From assembly GCA_963838925.1 (NCBI GenBank), contig CAWISW010000002.1:549635-613634 (forward strand): a stretch of DNA of 64,000 nucleotides, in the 5' to 3' direction. Made by a program: the position numbers and the translations under genes. The DNA comes from an uncultured Nitrososphaerota archaeon. Lineage in GTDB: Archaea; Thermoproteota; Nitrososphaeria; Nitrososphaerales; Gagatemarchaeaceae. The notes under the pieces are model-generated. The model was given only the letters and a program-made list of their open reading frames with translations. It was not told where the DNA came from and made no database searches. Below are positions 1-9,203 of the stretch, piece after piece; position 1 is the first letter of the stretch; every line of letters begins with the position of its first letter.

Positions 1-126
1 GAGCTTCGCCCGGTAGTCTGGAGTGAACTTGGTGACTCCGACGAGCTCCATGTCCTTCTGCTTGCTCACTGCATCGGCGACCCTGCCGCCGATGGTCCCG
101 TAGCCGTTTACTCCTACCTTAATCAT
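1..126 (-). CDS. gap: Type II (archaeal) glyceraldehyde-3-phosphate dehydrogenase, N-terminal part (runs off window edge)
   Basis: Manual translation [42 protein letters not shown]; NGYGTIG Rossmann motif typical of archaeal GAPDH. Confidence 0.9.
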   Translation of the reverse strand, partial: MIKVGVNGYGTIGGRVADAVSKQKDMELVGVTKFTPDYRAKL

Positions 127-500
127 CGCAGACCCCTGTGGATTTGGGGGATTTAAAGAACCTTGAGGCCGCATGATTGACATTTGCATTCCGCAGGCAT
201 TGAACTCCCGCAGCAATCTCACTAGCCTTTCCCGAATGCTGGCAGCACTTGGCGGAACTCGTGCGTGGGAAAGATGCGACTCGAGTAGCACCACGTGCTC
301 GGTGCTGGTGGTCTTTGTCTCTCCGCGAAGGGTTGGACTACAGGCGACAATCGCCGCCAGGAGCGCCACTCGGCGTAGGGGATAATTTGAATAAACGGCT
401 GTAGAACATACAAATATTGTTGTCTCTACTGAATCTTACAAGTAAGATGTATGCCCTCTCGTGTGCCTTGGAATAGTTTCCCCGCAAGCGCGGACGAGGA

Positions 501-1310
501 CTACGCTGATCCGAGGGCCGCCACGACTCCGATTGCAAGTGCTAGAGCTCCTAGGAAGAGAGTCACCTTGTAGACATCATTTCTCTTGGCGAACCTCAAC
601 AGGGCCGAGATTGCAACGATTCCGACAAGGGCGGCTGTGACGATGGCGACCGTGAGTCCGGCGGCGTCGAAATTAGAGAGAGCGACAGATAGCTCAGACC
701 TCGAGAAGACTATCGTCGTCAGGAAGCCGCCAAGCGACGCAGGGATGTACGCCAAGTAAGAGAGCCTGAAGGCGTCCTTGGGGTTTACGCCCATGAAGAG
801 CATTGTAGACACCGTCATCCCAGACCTGCTCACTCCGGGAAGAGCTGCGAAGCCTTGCGCCGCCCCTATGATGATGTAGTGCTTCATCCCCAGTTCGTTG
901 AGCGTGCCTGTGCGTGGGGTCTTCCTCGAATATCTGATGTATATGCTGTCCCCGATCAAGAAGCAGCCCAGGAGCATCATCGGGATTCCCAGGTTGTACG
1001 CTCCGGTCAGCAGCTTCTCGGCGAGGAGGTAGAGCGGGACGCCCTCCGCCCCAGTGACTATCGTCACGACGAGGAGGTACACGAGCAGCTTCCTGTCGTG
1101 CAGCAAAGAGAAGATCTCCCTCCTGAAGTAGAACGTCGCCGAGAAGAGGGAGCCTATCTCCATGAAGAGGCCGAACGCCAAGGCTACGTCGAGCGGAAGT
1201 CCGAACAGTATCGTCGACACGAAAAGGACCTGGGTCTTGCTGCTGATGGGGAGCCACTCGGATACGCCCTGCACGAGGCCGACGATTATGGAGTAGAGGA
1301 GGTTCGACAA
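501..1310 (-). CDS. uppP: Undecaprenyl-diphosphate phosphatase (BacA/UppP family)
   Basis: QGVSEWLPISS and PGVSRSG motifs; multi-TM protein. Confidence 0.9.
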   Translation of the reverse strand: MSNLLYSIIVGLVQGVSEWLPISSKTQVLFVSTILFGLPLDVALAFGLFMEIGSLFSATFYFRREIFSLLHDRKLLVYLLVVTIVTGAEGVPLYLLAEKLLTGAYNLGIPMMLLGCFLIGDSIYIRYSRKTPRTGTLNELGMKHYIIIGAAQGFAALPGVSRSGMTVSTMLFMGVNPKDAFRLSYLAYIPASLGGFLTTIVFSRSELSVALSNFDAAGLTVAIVTAALVGIVAISALLRFAKRNDVYKVTLFLGALALAIGVVAALGSA

Positions 1311-1419
1311 CCTGCGCTGATGGACGCCGTTTGCGCCTGTCTACTTAACCTCTCCAACGGAAGGCCCACCTGCTCCCCGAACGAGTGAGGCGAGAGACTT
1401 ATCTGAGACGACGGAATTC

Positions 1420-2886
1420 GTGCGAATCATGACCAGCAGGAAGGCTGTAGTGACTTGGGCGGTTTTGATCCCTATCATCCTTGGGGTGTCTACGTTGGCG
1501 TATGCATCGATGACCGCGACAGGATCTAATCCCTCAGATAACAATAACAACTTTTTTGGAAATCCGCGCTGCACGACGACCGTTACAGGTGAAAATTCAG
1601 GCAATAACGCTATACAGACTGCAATCAACTCCGCGCACAGCGGGGACGTGATATGCGTCGCCTCAGGCTCTTATCCAGAGCAGCTTTTGATAATAACATC
1701 ATTGACGCTTCAAGGTCTGGGGACACAGCACAATCCGACAATCATCTCCCCCACATCAGTAGCGGCGAACGCCGTGAGTCCCGACTCGGGGGCCTCAGAG
1801 GCGGCCATAATCGCTGTCAGCGGCGCGATGCACGTTACAATCAGCAACCTTGTGGTGGACGGTTCCGCCGTGGCTCTGTCCTCAATACTGAGCTGTGGCC
1901 TCAGGTTCTTTGGCGTCCTGTACCTTAACGCAGGCGGCACCTTGGACAGTAACACGGTGCAAAACGTCACCTGCGGTGCGGGCCTGTACGGAGACCAGAA
2001 CGGCGACGCAGTCCTTGTCCAGACAGGAGCGTATAACGGTGTAAGCAACGTGCAGGGAACGGACTTGTCGACTGTCACGATCAGCAACAACAATGTGCTG
2101 AACTATCAGAAGAACGGCATCACCTGCAACGACTCAGGAAGCACTTGTAACATTAGCGGCAATACGGTTTCACCTCTTGCAGCCGCACAGGCTATCATTG
2201 CTTCCAACGGCATCCAGGTAGGCTTCGGAGCAGTAGGCACGGTGTCCGACAACACCGTCAGCGGTAACGAGTGCGGAAACAGCAACTGCGGCCCGAATAT
2301 CATAAATCTGTACCAAAGTGCCGGGATCCTCACCGACGGATCGGGAAAGGGGACTGTGGTCAGCGGCAACACGATCAGCGGCAATGATGTTGGAATCCTT
2401 TCCTACGGTGACACGGCAACGTCTACGAACAACCAGGTTCAGGACAACAGGTTCGAAGGGTTGTTGCTCGCAGACGGGTCGTACACGGCCACCAACAACG
2501 ACATCTCATGCGGACAGGGCCATCACGACACTGCGACTTGCCAGATAGGAATCGCTGTCGTTTCGGACGGCTTCGTCGCAACAGCGACTACCGCCAACCT
2601 CGGTAACAACGGCTGCGCCAACTTCAACGGTAACTTCAACGGTAACTTCGGTAACAACAGCTGCGGCAACAGCTTCGGCGGCAACTTCGCGACAGCGCAG
2701 GTGCAAGTGACCGCCTACAACGGTCCGGGGTCAGGCTCAGGTAGCTGCGACGGTGCTTGTGGCGGAAGCAATGCGGCTCCCGCCACGGTGTCAATAGGCG
2801 GATTCACCGAAACGGTGACATCGGGTGTATTGACGCCTTCGGATGTAGCAACATTCGTGAACCTGACGAATCTCCCAAGCGACTAG
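1420..2886 (+). CDS. Secreted right-handed parallel beta-helix protein
   Basis: N-terminal signal/TM; IQTAINSAHSGDVICVASGSYPE start motif; repeated ISGNT/VSGN Asn ladders. Confidence 0.8.
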   Translation: MRIMTSRKAVVTWAVLIPIILGVSTLAYASMTATGSNPSDNNNNFFGNPRCTTTVTGENSGNNAIQTAINSAHSGDVICVASGSYPEQLLIITSLTLQGLGTQHNPTIISPTSVAANAVSPDSGASEAAIIAVSGAMHVTISNLVVDGSAVALSSILSCGLRFFGVLYLNAGGTLDSNTVQNVTCGAGLYGDQNGDAVLVQTGAYNGVSNVQGTDLSTVTISNNNVLNYQKNGITCNDSGSTCNISGNTVSPLAAAQAIIASNGIQVGFGAVGTVSDNTVSGNECGNSNCGPNIINLYQSAGILTDGSGKGTVVSGNTISGNDVGILSYGDTATSTNNQVQDNRFEGLLLADGSYTATNNDISCGQGHHDTATCQIGIAVVSDGFVATATTANLGNNGCANFNGNFNGNFGNNSCGNSFGGNFATAQVQVTAYNGPGSGSGSCDGACGGSNAAPATVSIGGFTETVTSGVLTPSDVATFVNLTNLPSD

Positions 2887-2983
2887 GGCCAGGTAGATCC
2901 TGAGGAGCACGCCCTGGCGTGCCTTCTACCTGAGACCTGACATCGTGGCTTGTGATTCTCGCCCCTGCGCCTGCTAAGCAGAG

Positions 2984-3013
2984 GATATCGACGTCGATAT
3001 CAATCTCGCTATC
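2984..3013. repeat. (RTCGAY)n repeat copy A, contains perfect 18-bp palindrome GATATCGACGTCGATATC
   Basis: Read directly; intergenic between convergent genes. Confidence 0.8.
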
Positions 3014-3042
3014 AATTAAATGAGCACGAAGACCCCTGTCAT

Positions 3043-3474
3043 TCACTGGACTTTGACCAGGTCGTTCCAGCCTTTTGCCAGCTGCCACGCCTGCTTGACG
3101 AAGCCTCCCTGGGGCCCTCTCTCGGGGATTGGCTGTAGCTTGAGCTGGTACACCGCCTCCGTCTTCTTCCTCTTCTCGTCCCAGATCAGGACGTCCTTCT
3201 CGATGAAGCCCAGGTCGAGCAGCTTCCTGAGGAGCTTCACGTAGAAGTTGTGGTAGCTGTACTTCACGCCGAGCTTGCCCTCCTCGAGATCCTTGGCGAA
3301 GAACCTGAGCTGCCTCTTTGTCATCGCGAGGTGCTGGTCCGCCCTCATCCTCTCGACGAGGATCTTGGCGACCGAGAGCGTCTCTTTCCTGTCGCCGAAC
3401 AGGAGCGTCAGGATGTCCCCGGTGGCGACCGTCCTGTCGTTCCAGTACAACTTGATTGACTTGGGCGCCGACAC
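3043..3474 (-). CDS. Conserved hypothetical, probable winged-helix DNA-binding protein
   Basis: Basic 143-aa protein; SYHNFYVKLLRKLLDLGFIEK helix followed by wing-like segment; host-like codon usage. Confidence 0.6.
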   Translation of the reverse strand: MSAPKSIKLYWNDRTVATGDILTLLFGDRKETLSVAKILVERMRADQHLAMTKRQLRFFAKDLEEGKLGVKYSYHNFYVKLLRKLLDLGFIEKDVLIWDEKRKKTEAVYQLKLQPIPERGPQGGFVKQAWQLAKGWNDLVKVQ

Positions 3475-3705
3475 CTATCTGCCCACCATCCGGTCGCGCC
3501 TCTTCACAACCCGGGGGGCGCTCTCCCACCTGAGCTGGTCGCCAGCGTTGCGAACCGCGTAAAAGTGCATCCTGGCCGTCATCTCGGCGGCTTTCTGGCC
3601 CTCAGGGCTAGGCGTGGAATTCGTTGCCTGGGCCTTTGGGCTCGGTTTCTCTATCTTTAGTTGCATTGCAGTTAGTTCCCCTGCAGGGTCTAGTTGTCCG
3701 GACAA
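3475..3705 (-). CDS. Small hypothetical protein
   Basis: ORF abutting the downstream gene; no recognisable motif. Confidence 0.3.
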   Translation of the reverse strand: MSGQLDPAGELTAMQLKIEKPSPKAQATNSTPSPEGQKAAEMTARMHFYAVRNAGDQLRWESAPRVVKRRDRMVGR

Positions 3706-4029
3706 GGCGAGAAATGTTTAGTGTATGCTCAAGGGTCACTAACCTACCCCTGGGGGCAAAGGATGGTGATGGCTGGCCAAGGTCATCCTAGGGCGCCGGT
3801 TGTGTCCCTGGGAGGGAACTGCGACAAAGGAGGCGGCCATGTTGATCGGCTCGACAGCCTCCGGCACCCGCGGACGCTGGGCCGCGCTCAATCACGAGCC
3901 CACAGATGACACTTTTCGCCCCTGGACCCCCTGGTATTTCGACTCACTTTGCCCTGTCTTGGGCAAGGACCGTGCGGGAGAACGTCCCTGGCGCAGCCTC
4001 CTTTACACGCGGCGACCTCTGCAAGCGAC

Positions 4030-4105
4030 TTGGCCAAGAAAGACGTGGCGAAGACGGCGTTGTTCGTCGCACGAAGAAAGCGACGGGCAAAAGGACCCGC
4101 TGACG
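4030..4105 (+). pseudogene. Remnant 5' end of a SAM-dependent methyltransferase paralogous to 6207..7088
   Basis: Translates (M)AKKDVAKTALFVA..KDPL versus MTRSEVAKTALFVA..ADPL; frame breaks after about 14 codons. Confidence 0.55.
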
Positions 4106-4321
4106 CCGGAGGGCTGAGCCGTCGACGCCCTTGCCATAAGAATTCCAGTCCGAACACTCTCATCCGTTCAAAGTGCATCAGGTCATACGTGCAGATTCTT
4201 CCGCCGTGATGGACCACAGTCCCTGTGACCATTGTTGCGCTTGACTGAGCACGGCCTGACTACGCTCTGTAAGCCGCTAGAACGAGCAATGCGCGACCAC
4301 GATCGTCCCCGGAGGGCAGAC

Positions 4322-4792
4322 CTATGATAGAAAAATCGGCGGAGTTTCGAAAGGTCTCTTCTTGATCTCTCGGGTCAGTTCAACCTCTTCTCGTGCGAAG
4401 ACAGGAACGGACCCTGTGACATGCGCGACTGCGAACGTATAGGAATCCGCAAACGCTATGGCTCTTTCGCACTTTATCCTCGATGCCTCCATGTGGACTC
4501 GATCTTCTTCCTCCAATCTTATGAAACCTGAGTCGAGCAAGTCCTTCGCGGCCGCTTCCGCCTTGTCAGGCCCGACCTTTCTGCACATCACATATGTCGC
4601 TTCTGCGAGGTTTACCCTGCTGGTGTAGGCGACGACGTCCTCGTCTTGGAGTCTGGCGTACATCAAGTTCCCGAGTTGAGAGTCGCTGAAGATCTCCACC
4701 AATACGCCCGAGTCGAGCGCCAGATTCCCGCTAACGGGCGTAGCGACGCTCAAGCTCTTCCTCGTGCTTCTTATCTTCCGCCCTGCCCTCAC
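4322..4792 (-). CDS. vapC: PIN-domain VapC-like toxin (true start probably downstream)
   Basis: ALDSGVLV, NLAE and FADS acidic PIN motifs; overlaps a small upstream partner. Confidence 0.8.
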   Translation of the reverse strand: MRAGRKIRSTRKSLSVATPVSGNLALDSGVLVEIFSDSQLGNLMYARLQDEDVVAYTSRVNLAEATYVMCRKVGPDKAEAAAKDLLDSGFIRLEEEDRVHMEASRIKCERAIAFADSYTFAVAHVTGSVPVFAREEVELTREIKKRPFETPPIFLS

Positions 4793-5009
4793 GAAGAGTC
4801 TTTCTGAACTCTTCCGATGGGATTCCTGAGCCTATCATGGCTCTACGAAGCAATTCTGGACTCCTCCTAGACCTAAGTATGAGATATTCGATGGCATCCT
4901 GATAATCGACTTTTTCCCCTCTCTTCGATTGGAGCTCGGCGGCCACTTTCAGCAAATCCTGCCGGGTCTTCTCTGAGACCGTTATTGTCGTCATCTTCAT
5001 TGTTTCCAT
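4731..5009 (-). CDS. VapB-like antitoxin
   Basis: MTTITVSEKTRQDLLK RHH-like N-terminus; directly upstream of the PIN gene. Confidence 0.75.
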   Translation of the reverse strand: METMKMTTITVSEKTRQDLLKVAAELQSKRGEKVDYQDAIEYLILRSRRSPELLRRAMIGSGIPSEEFRKTLREGRAEDKKHEEELERRYAR

Positions 5010-5095
5010 TGACCTAGTAGAAGCTATGGATATTTAAGCATCTACTCCTGTCAGAGGTCAGGCACTGAAAGGGCGGGCAGGTATTCAGATGAATC

Positions 5096-5155
5096 ATCGA
5101 CGTCGATATCGTGGTCGATATTGCTAGCGGCCGCGCGCAAGGCTCTCTGAACGCC
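5096..5155 (+). repeat. (RTCGAY)4 repeat copy B with about 35-bp shared flank
   Basis: ATCGACGTCGATATCGTGGTCGAT...GCGCAAGGCTCTCTGAACGC aligns by eye to 7124-7185. Confidence 0.75.
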
Positions 5156-5204
5156 ATCTCAATAGCCTAGTCGGGAACTGAGAGGTCAGCTCAGGACAGC
5201 CAAT

Positions 5205-5594
5205 CTAACACGTTCGTGCGGACGACTCTTGTGCGCAGGAGTCAATGGTCAAGGCCAGACGATGAATTCCATCCATCCCTAGAAGGATAGTTTCAGCTCC
5301 CTTGCATGTCTCGACCAGGCCATCCAATTCAAGCTCCAGATCCGAGAATCGCAGCGTCCCATATCCTGAGCGCATGCGCACTGACGATCCGTCAGCAAGA
5401 CGGCCGGACGTGCTCTCGAGGGTCAGATCGTCGAAGCCCAACCGATTGAACAACTCCTCGCTCAGCAGAACAAAGCCAGAGTACCCTGTGTCGACGATGG
5501 CGGTGACGGAAGCTGACTTTTCTTCTCGTCCGCTCGCGAGAGTATTGACCACGGTCACGGGTATCGTAGGACTGCCCTCAAGAAACGGCCACAT
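5205..5594 (-). CDS. Clan AA (retropepsin-like) aspartic protease, AF0612/COG5550-like
   Basis: IVDTGYSG catalytic motif and ILLGMD hallmark. Confidence 0.8.
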   Translation of the reverse strand: MWPFLEGSPTIPVTVVNTLASGREEKSASVTAIVDTGYSGFVLLSEELFNRLGFDDLTLESTSGRLADGSSVRMRSGYGTLRFSDLELELDGLVETCKGAETILLGMDGIHRLALTIDSCAQESSARTC

Positions 5595-5600
5595 GTTACC

Positions 5601-5936
5601 CTACTTTGTCCTTGAGCGAACAGGGAGTCCCAGGTTGACCACCTTTGGGTGCGCGGGTATGGTCTGAATTTCTACTCTTCTAGGATCGAGGCCCTGGCTC
5701 CTCAGAGCCATCGCCAGGAGTCTCAAGTCGGTTCCCTCTGCGACTCTTTTCCCATCGGAGATGGCGATGAATGTCCTTGCCGGCCGCCCTGCCCTTCTAG
5801 AGGCTGACAACCAAGTTGTGATTGCCTCTTCGACGCTCTTCGATATCGCGCCCTTGGAGGCCCCGTGCAACTCACCCGCTCTCTGCCTGAGCGCACGCTC
5901 TATCTCATCATCAATCTTCAATGTGATGACGCCCAT
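5601..5936 (-). CDS. RHH-containing partner of the aspartic protease (antitoxin-like)
   Basis: MGVITLKIDDEIERALR...ISKSVEEAI RHH pattern; co-oriented, 6 bp upstream of the protease. Confidence 0.65.
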   Translation of the reverse strand: MGVITLKIDDEIERALRQRAGELHGASKGAISKSVEEAITTWLSASRRAGRPARTFIAISDGKRVAEGTDLRLLAMALRSQGLDPRRVEIQTIPAHPKVVNLGLPVRSRTK

Positions 5937-5993
5937 GGCATGTAAATATTAATTTATGTATTTAAGCGCCCCGGTCGTCAAGGACCTAGAGCA

Positions 5994-6017
5994 ATCGAGC
6001 TCGCTATCGACGTTGAT
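5994..6017 (-). repeat. (RTCGAY)4 repeat copy C
   Basis: Minus strand ATCAACGTCGATAGCGAGCTCGAT. Confidence 0.6.
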
Positions 6018-6206
6018 GACCGACCTTCCTGACCTGGGCCCAGATCGGCCGCCACCTTCAGCAGGTCTAGGCTGATTCTCTCCGATATCGTTGTTGTTGT
6101 GCAAGTCAACTACTCCATAAGAGCAATAGAAGCCATCGTCGTTTGACAACGCAGGCCTTGTGACCCCAGCCTTAACTACGCGCCCAGCTATTCCGTTGCG
6201 TATCTC

Positions 6207-7088
6207 TTGACTAGATCCGAAGTCGCAAAGACCGCGCTTTTTGTCGCGGCCGTCCGCGCCAGGGAGACCGAGCGGGCCGACCCCCTCTTTCGCGACGAGC
6301 TCTCCTCATTGCTGGCCGGTCCGGAGGGCATGGCGTGGCTTGCGGCCAGCGAGGCGGATCCGACAAGCAACTACCGCCGGGACGGCTTCCCGTACCTCGA
6401 GGTGAGGACGCGGTGGTTCGACGACTGGGCGCGCGACGCCGTTACTACGAGCGGTGCGAGGCAGCTCGTGCTCCTCGGAGCCGGGATGGACACCAGGGCG
6501 TTCCGGTTGCGCTGGCCTGAGGGGTTCCAGGTCTGGGAGGTCGACACCCACGAGCTGTTTGCACTGAAGGAGGCGCGTTTGCATTCTGCTGGCGTGAGGG
6601 CAGGTTGCAATCGGGTTGTCGTGGAGGCCGACCTGAGATCGAGCGGTTGGGTCCGAATGTTGCAACGTCGCGACTTTGACGAGCACAAGCCTGCCGTGTG
6701 GCTCGCTGAGGGCCTTTTCCTTTATCTCACTGCCGTTGACGTCAAACAGATACTGCGAGGTGCTGCCTCAATCTCCCCCGACGGGAGCCGCTTCGGCGCC
6801 GAGATCATCTCGAAGGAGTTTCTGCAGAAGCGCTCGCACCAGTGGGCACTCCAGAGGAGAAAAGACCGCGGGACCCCCTGGGTGTTCGGCTCAGATGACC
6901 CTGAGGGGCTCTTCCGGTCTAGCGGCTGGAAGGTCGACAGGAAGGTACGCGCTCTGGAGGCGGCGAAGGCGCTGCGACGGCTGCCAAGGACCAGCTCGAG
7001 CTCTTCCGGCGGTACGCGGTCTGGTTCAGAGCCCGGGCCGTTCTTCGTCTCAGCCACGAAGGCGACCGAGAGCAAGAGCGCCCGTTAA
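6207..7088 (+). CDS. SAM-dependent methyltransferase, LCM/TIGR00027-like family
   Basis: RTRWFDD, QLVLLGAGMDTRAFRL, WEVD and AEGLFLYL motifs. Confidence 0.9.
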   Translation: MTRSEVAKTALFVAAVRARETERADPLFRDELSSLLAGPEGMAWLAASEADPTSNYRRDGFPYLEVRTRWFDDWARDAVTTSGARQLVLLGAGMDTRAFRLRWPEGFQVWEVDTHELFALKEARLHSAGVRAGCNRVVVEADLRSSGWVRMLQRRDFDEHKPAVWLAEGLFLYLTAVDVKQILRGAASISPDGSRFGAEIISKEFLQKRSHQWALQRRKDRGTPWVFGSDDPEGLFRSSGWKVDRKVRALEAAKALRRLPRTSSSSSGGTRSGSEPGPFFVSATKATESKSAR

Positions 7089-7120
7089 GCAGACTGAGAG
7101 GGCGTCCGGCGCCTTTCATT

Positions 7121-7185
7121 GATATCGACGTCGATATCGAGGTCGATTATTGTGCACTGGCGGTGCGCACGCGCTCTTGACCGCG
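7121..7185 (+). repeat. (RTCGAY)4 repeat copy D, contains perfect 18-bp palindrome
   Basis: GATATCGACGTCGATATCGAGGTCGAT...GCGCACGCGCTCTTGACCGC. Confidence 0.8.
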
Positions 7186-7219
7186 GCCGAAATAAGATCC
7201 GAGATCCGAAGAGGCCGGG

Positions 7220-7513
7220 TTATGGCAAGTCCGAGACGTAAACGTCCCTCTTCCCCGAATTGCCGCTGACCATGGCAAAGACGCCGCGGACCAGCCTGGA
7301 GAACGGTTTCCTCATCCAGACGACTATGAACGCGTCGAAGAGGGCATATGATACCCCGAGGAGGAAGTTGGATTGCTGGATCCCGATGGTGTAAGCAATC
7401 ATGACGCTTATGACATCCACGACCGATGCAACTGCATTCTCGAATAGTTCGTGGTTGCTGATCATTGTCCTCGTGAGCAATCCACCTGAAGGCAGCGTCC
7501 GGCTAATAATCAC
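7220..7513 (-). CDS. Small membrane protein
   Basis: Two hydrophobic segments. Confidence 0.5.
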   Translation of the reverse strand: MIISRTLPSGGLLTRTMISNHELFENAVASVVDVISVMIAYTIGIQQSNFLLGVSYALFDAFIVVWMRKPFSRLVRGVFAMVSGNSGKRDVYVSDLP

Positions 7514-7590
7514 TCTGAATCTGGAATCCTAGTTCGCGCTTCGCACCATCTCGCTCATGAGCAGGAAAAGACAAGGACCATGAAGTATGC

Positions 7591-7620
7591 AGAAGGAAGG
7601 AGAAAAAAGAGAGAAAGAAA
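7591..7620 (-). terminator. Pyrimidine/T-rich archaeal terminator after ftsZ
   Basis: Minus strand TTTCTTTCTCTCTTTTTTCTCCTTCCTTCT just after the ftsZ stop. Confidence 0.55.
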
Positions 7621-7633
7621 CCAGGCGGTCTGC

Positions 7634-8686
7634 CTAGTTTCTAGATCCTACCCTAATGGGACCCATTTGGAAGCCCGATTTCTGCTGAGAGAGGAACGTG
7701 CTCTCGACGCCCGTCAGGACCACCATGACCCTCGCGGACCCGCGCATGTTCGGCTCGACGCGTGCGCCCCACACTATCCTCGTCGTCGGGGGTAGCGACT
7801 TGGTCACGAGCTCTCCGGCTCTTGTGACCTCCTCGAGGCTCACGTCGTCACCGCCTGCCACGTGTACCAGGACGCCCTTCGACCTTGTCACGTCCTTGAT
7901 GTCAAGGAGCTGCCCGTCGATGGCTTGCCTTACGGCGACCTCGACCCTGTCGGGTCCTGTCGCCTGGCCGACGCCAATCGCTGCTAGGCCTCTCCTCTCC
8001 ATGATAGCCCTCAGGTCTGCATAGTCGATGTTGATGAGACTGGCTGTGGTGATTGTCTCGGTGATGCCCTTGATGAACTGGCCGACGAGTTCGTTGGCTA
8101 CACCTAGTGCCTGCTGCAGAGGAAGATCACCAGCGACCTTCGACAGCTTGGTGTTGTCGATGGCCACTACGGTGTCGCAGTACTCCCTGAGCTTTTGCAG
8201 GGCCTTCTTCGCGTTCTCATAGCGGTAGCTCTCGATCGAGAAAGGTAGAGTGACCACTCCGATCGTGAGGCCGCCGTTGCCCCTGAGCTCCCTTGAGAGA
8301 GCTTGGATGGCGCCGGTGCCTGTGCCTCCGCCGAGACCTGCGCATAGGAAGGTGATGTTCGACCCATTGACCTCCTTCTTGAGCTCGGACATGCTCTCCA
8401 TGGCGGCGCGTTCGCCCCGCTCTGGGTAGCCGCCGCACCCGGTGCCGTGGGTGAGCTTCTCACCGATGAGGAGCCGTCTGTCTGCTTTTGTGATTCCGAG
8501 GTGTGCTGCGTCTGTGTTTGCTGCGATGAGCTTGCCGCCTGAGACGCCGCGCTGCTTGATCCAAGAGACGATGTTGCTTCCAGCGCCTCCCAGGCCGACC
8601 ACCGCGACGTTTGGGCGAGCCATTCGCATGGCTGCTTCGATGCGTTCTGCTTCCAAGAAGTCAGTGCTTTCCGTAGACAGTTCCAT
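7634..8686 (-). CDS. ftsZ: Cell division GTPase FtsZ
   Basis: GLGGAGSN, NTDA, tubulin signature GGGTGTG, T7 loop INIDYADL. Confidence 0.95.
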   Translation of the reverse strand: MELSTESTDFLEAERIEAAMRMARPNVAVVGLGGAGSNIVSWIKQRGVSGGKLIAANTDAAHLGITKADRRLLIGEKLTHGTGCGGYPERGERAAMESMSELKKEVNGSNITFLCAGLGGGTGTGAIQALSRELRGNGGLTIGVVTLPFSIESYRYENAKKALQKLREYCDTVVAIDNTKLSKVAGDLPLQQALGVANELVGQFIKGITETITTASLINIDYADLRAIMERRGLAAIGVGQATGPDRVEVAVRQAIDGQLLDIKDVTRSKGVLVHVAGGDDVSLEEVTRAGELVTKSLPPTTRIVWGARVEPNMRGSARVMVVLTGVESTFLSQQKSGFQMGPIRVGSRN

Positions 8687-8912
8687 GACTCCAGCAAAGG
8701 AGTGTAGACAGGATAAAAGCCCCGTGAATATGCAGACTAGATGAGCGATTCATCAGGTGTAAATAGATGGCGAATAAGAGAAAGAGATGGAGCCTCATTC
8801 TATAACGGGGAAAGATTCATGATATAAGCCGCGCTCAAGGAGGCTGTCTACCACGAATCTGGTTTCTCCGTAAGGTTTTTACGTCTATTCCTGCTCATAT
8901 CGTCTCAAGAAG

Positions 8913-9071
8913 ATGACCATGTCCAGGCTCAAGGGTCCAGAAACCGTCTGCGCGTTCTGCATGCTGGTTATCCAGATCGGATACGAGGAGCTTACTCCTG
9001 ACGACATCGCGAAGGTCTCGGCGCACATGAGGATCGCCCACGGGCTCGAGCGGTTCCAAATCTCTGCCTGA
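8913..9071 (+). CDS. 52-aa CxxC...HxxxxH zinc-finger-like microprotein (below the ORF-track cutoff)
   Basis: Manual translation MTMSRLKGPETVCAFCMLVIQIGYEELTPDDIAKVSAHMRIAHGLERFQISA; paralogous to 11976..12194 and 21020..21229. Confidence 0.7.
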   Translation: MTMSRLKGPETVCAFCMLVIQIGYEELTPDDIAKVSAHMRIAHGLERFQISA

Positions 9072-9111
9072 GGCGGACACTCTCGCGGGGCCTTGCACCC
9101 GTGCGGTGGGC

Positions 9112-9135
9112 ATCGACGACGATATCGACGTTGAT
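9112..9135 (-). repeat. (RTCGAY)4 repeat copy E
   Basis: Minus strand ATCAACGTCGATATCGTCGTCGAT followed by ...GCAAGGC as in copy B. Confidence 0.7.
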
Positions 9136-9203
9136 ACCAAAATACGCTCCCTGGCTCAAACCGATTTGTATTTCAACGGGGGATTTGGAGCCCGTGTCAC
9201 TCA

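Noticed and set aside
2984-9135. CRISPR array formed by the palindromic repeats
   Set aside because: Copies are about 1-2 kb apart, in mixed orientation and degenerate; no cas genes.
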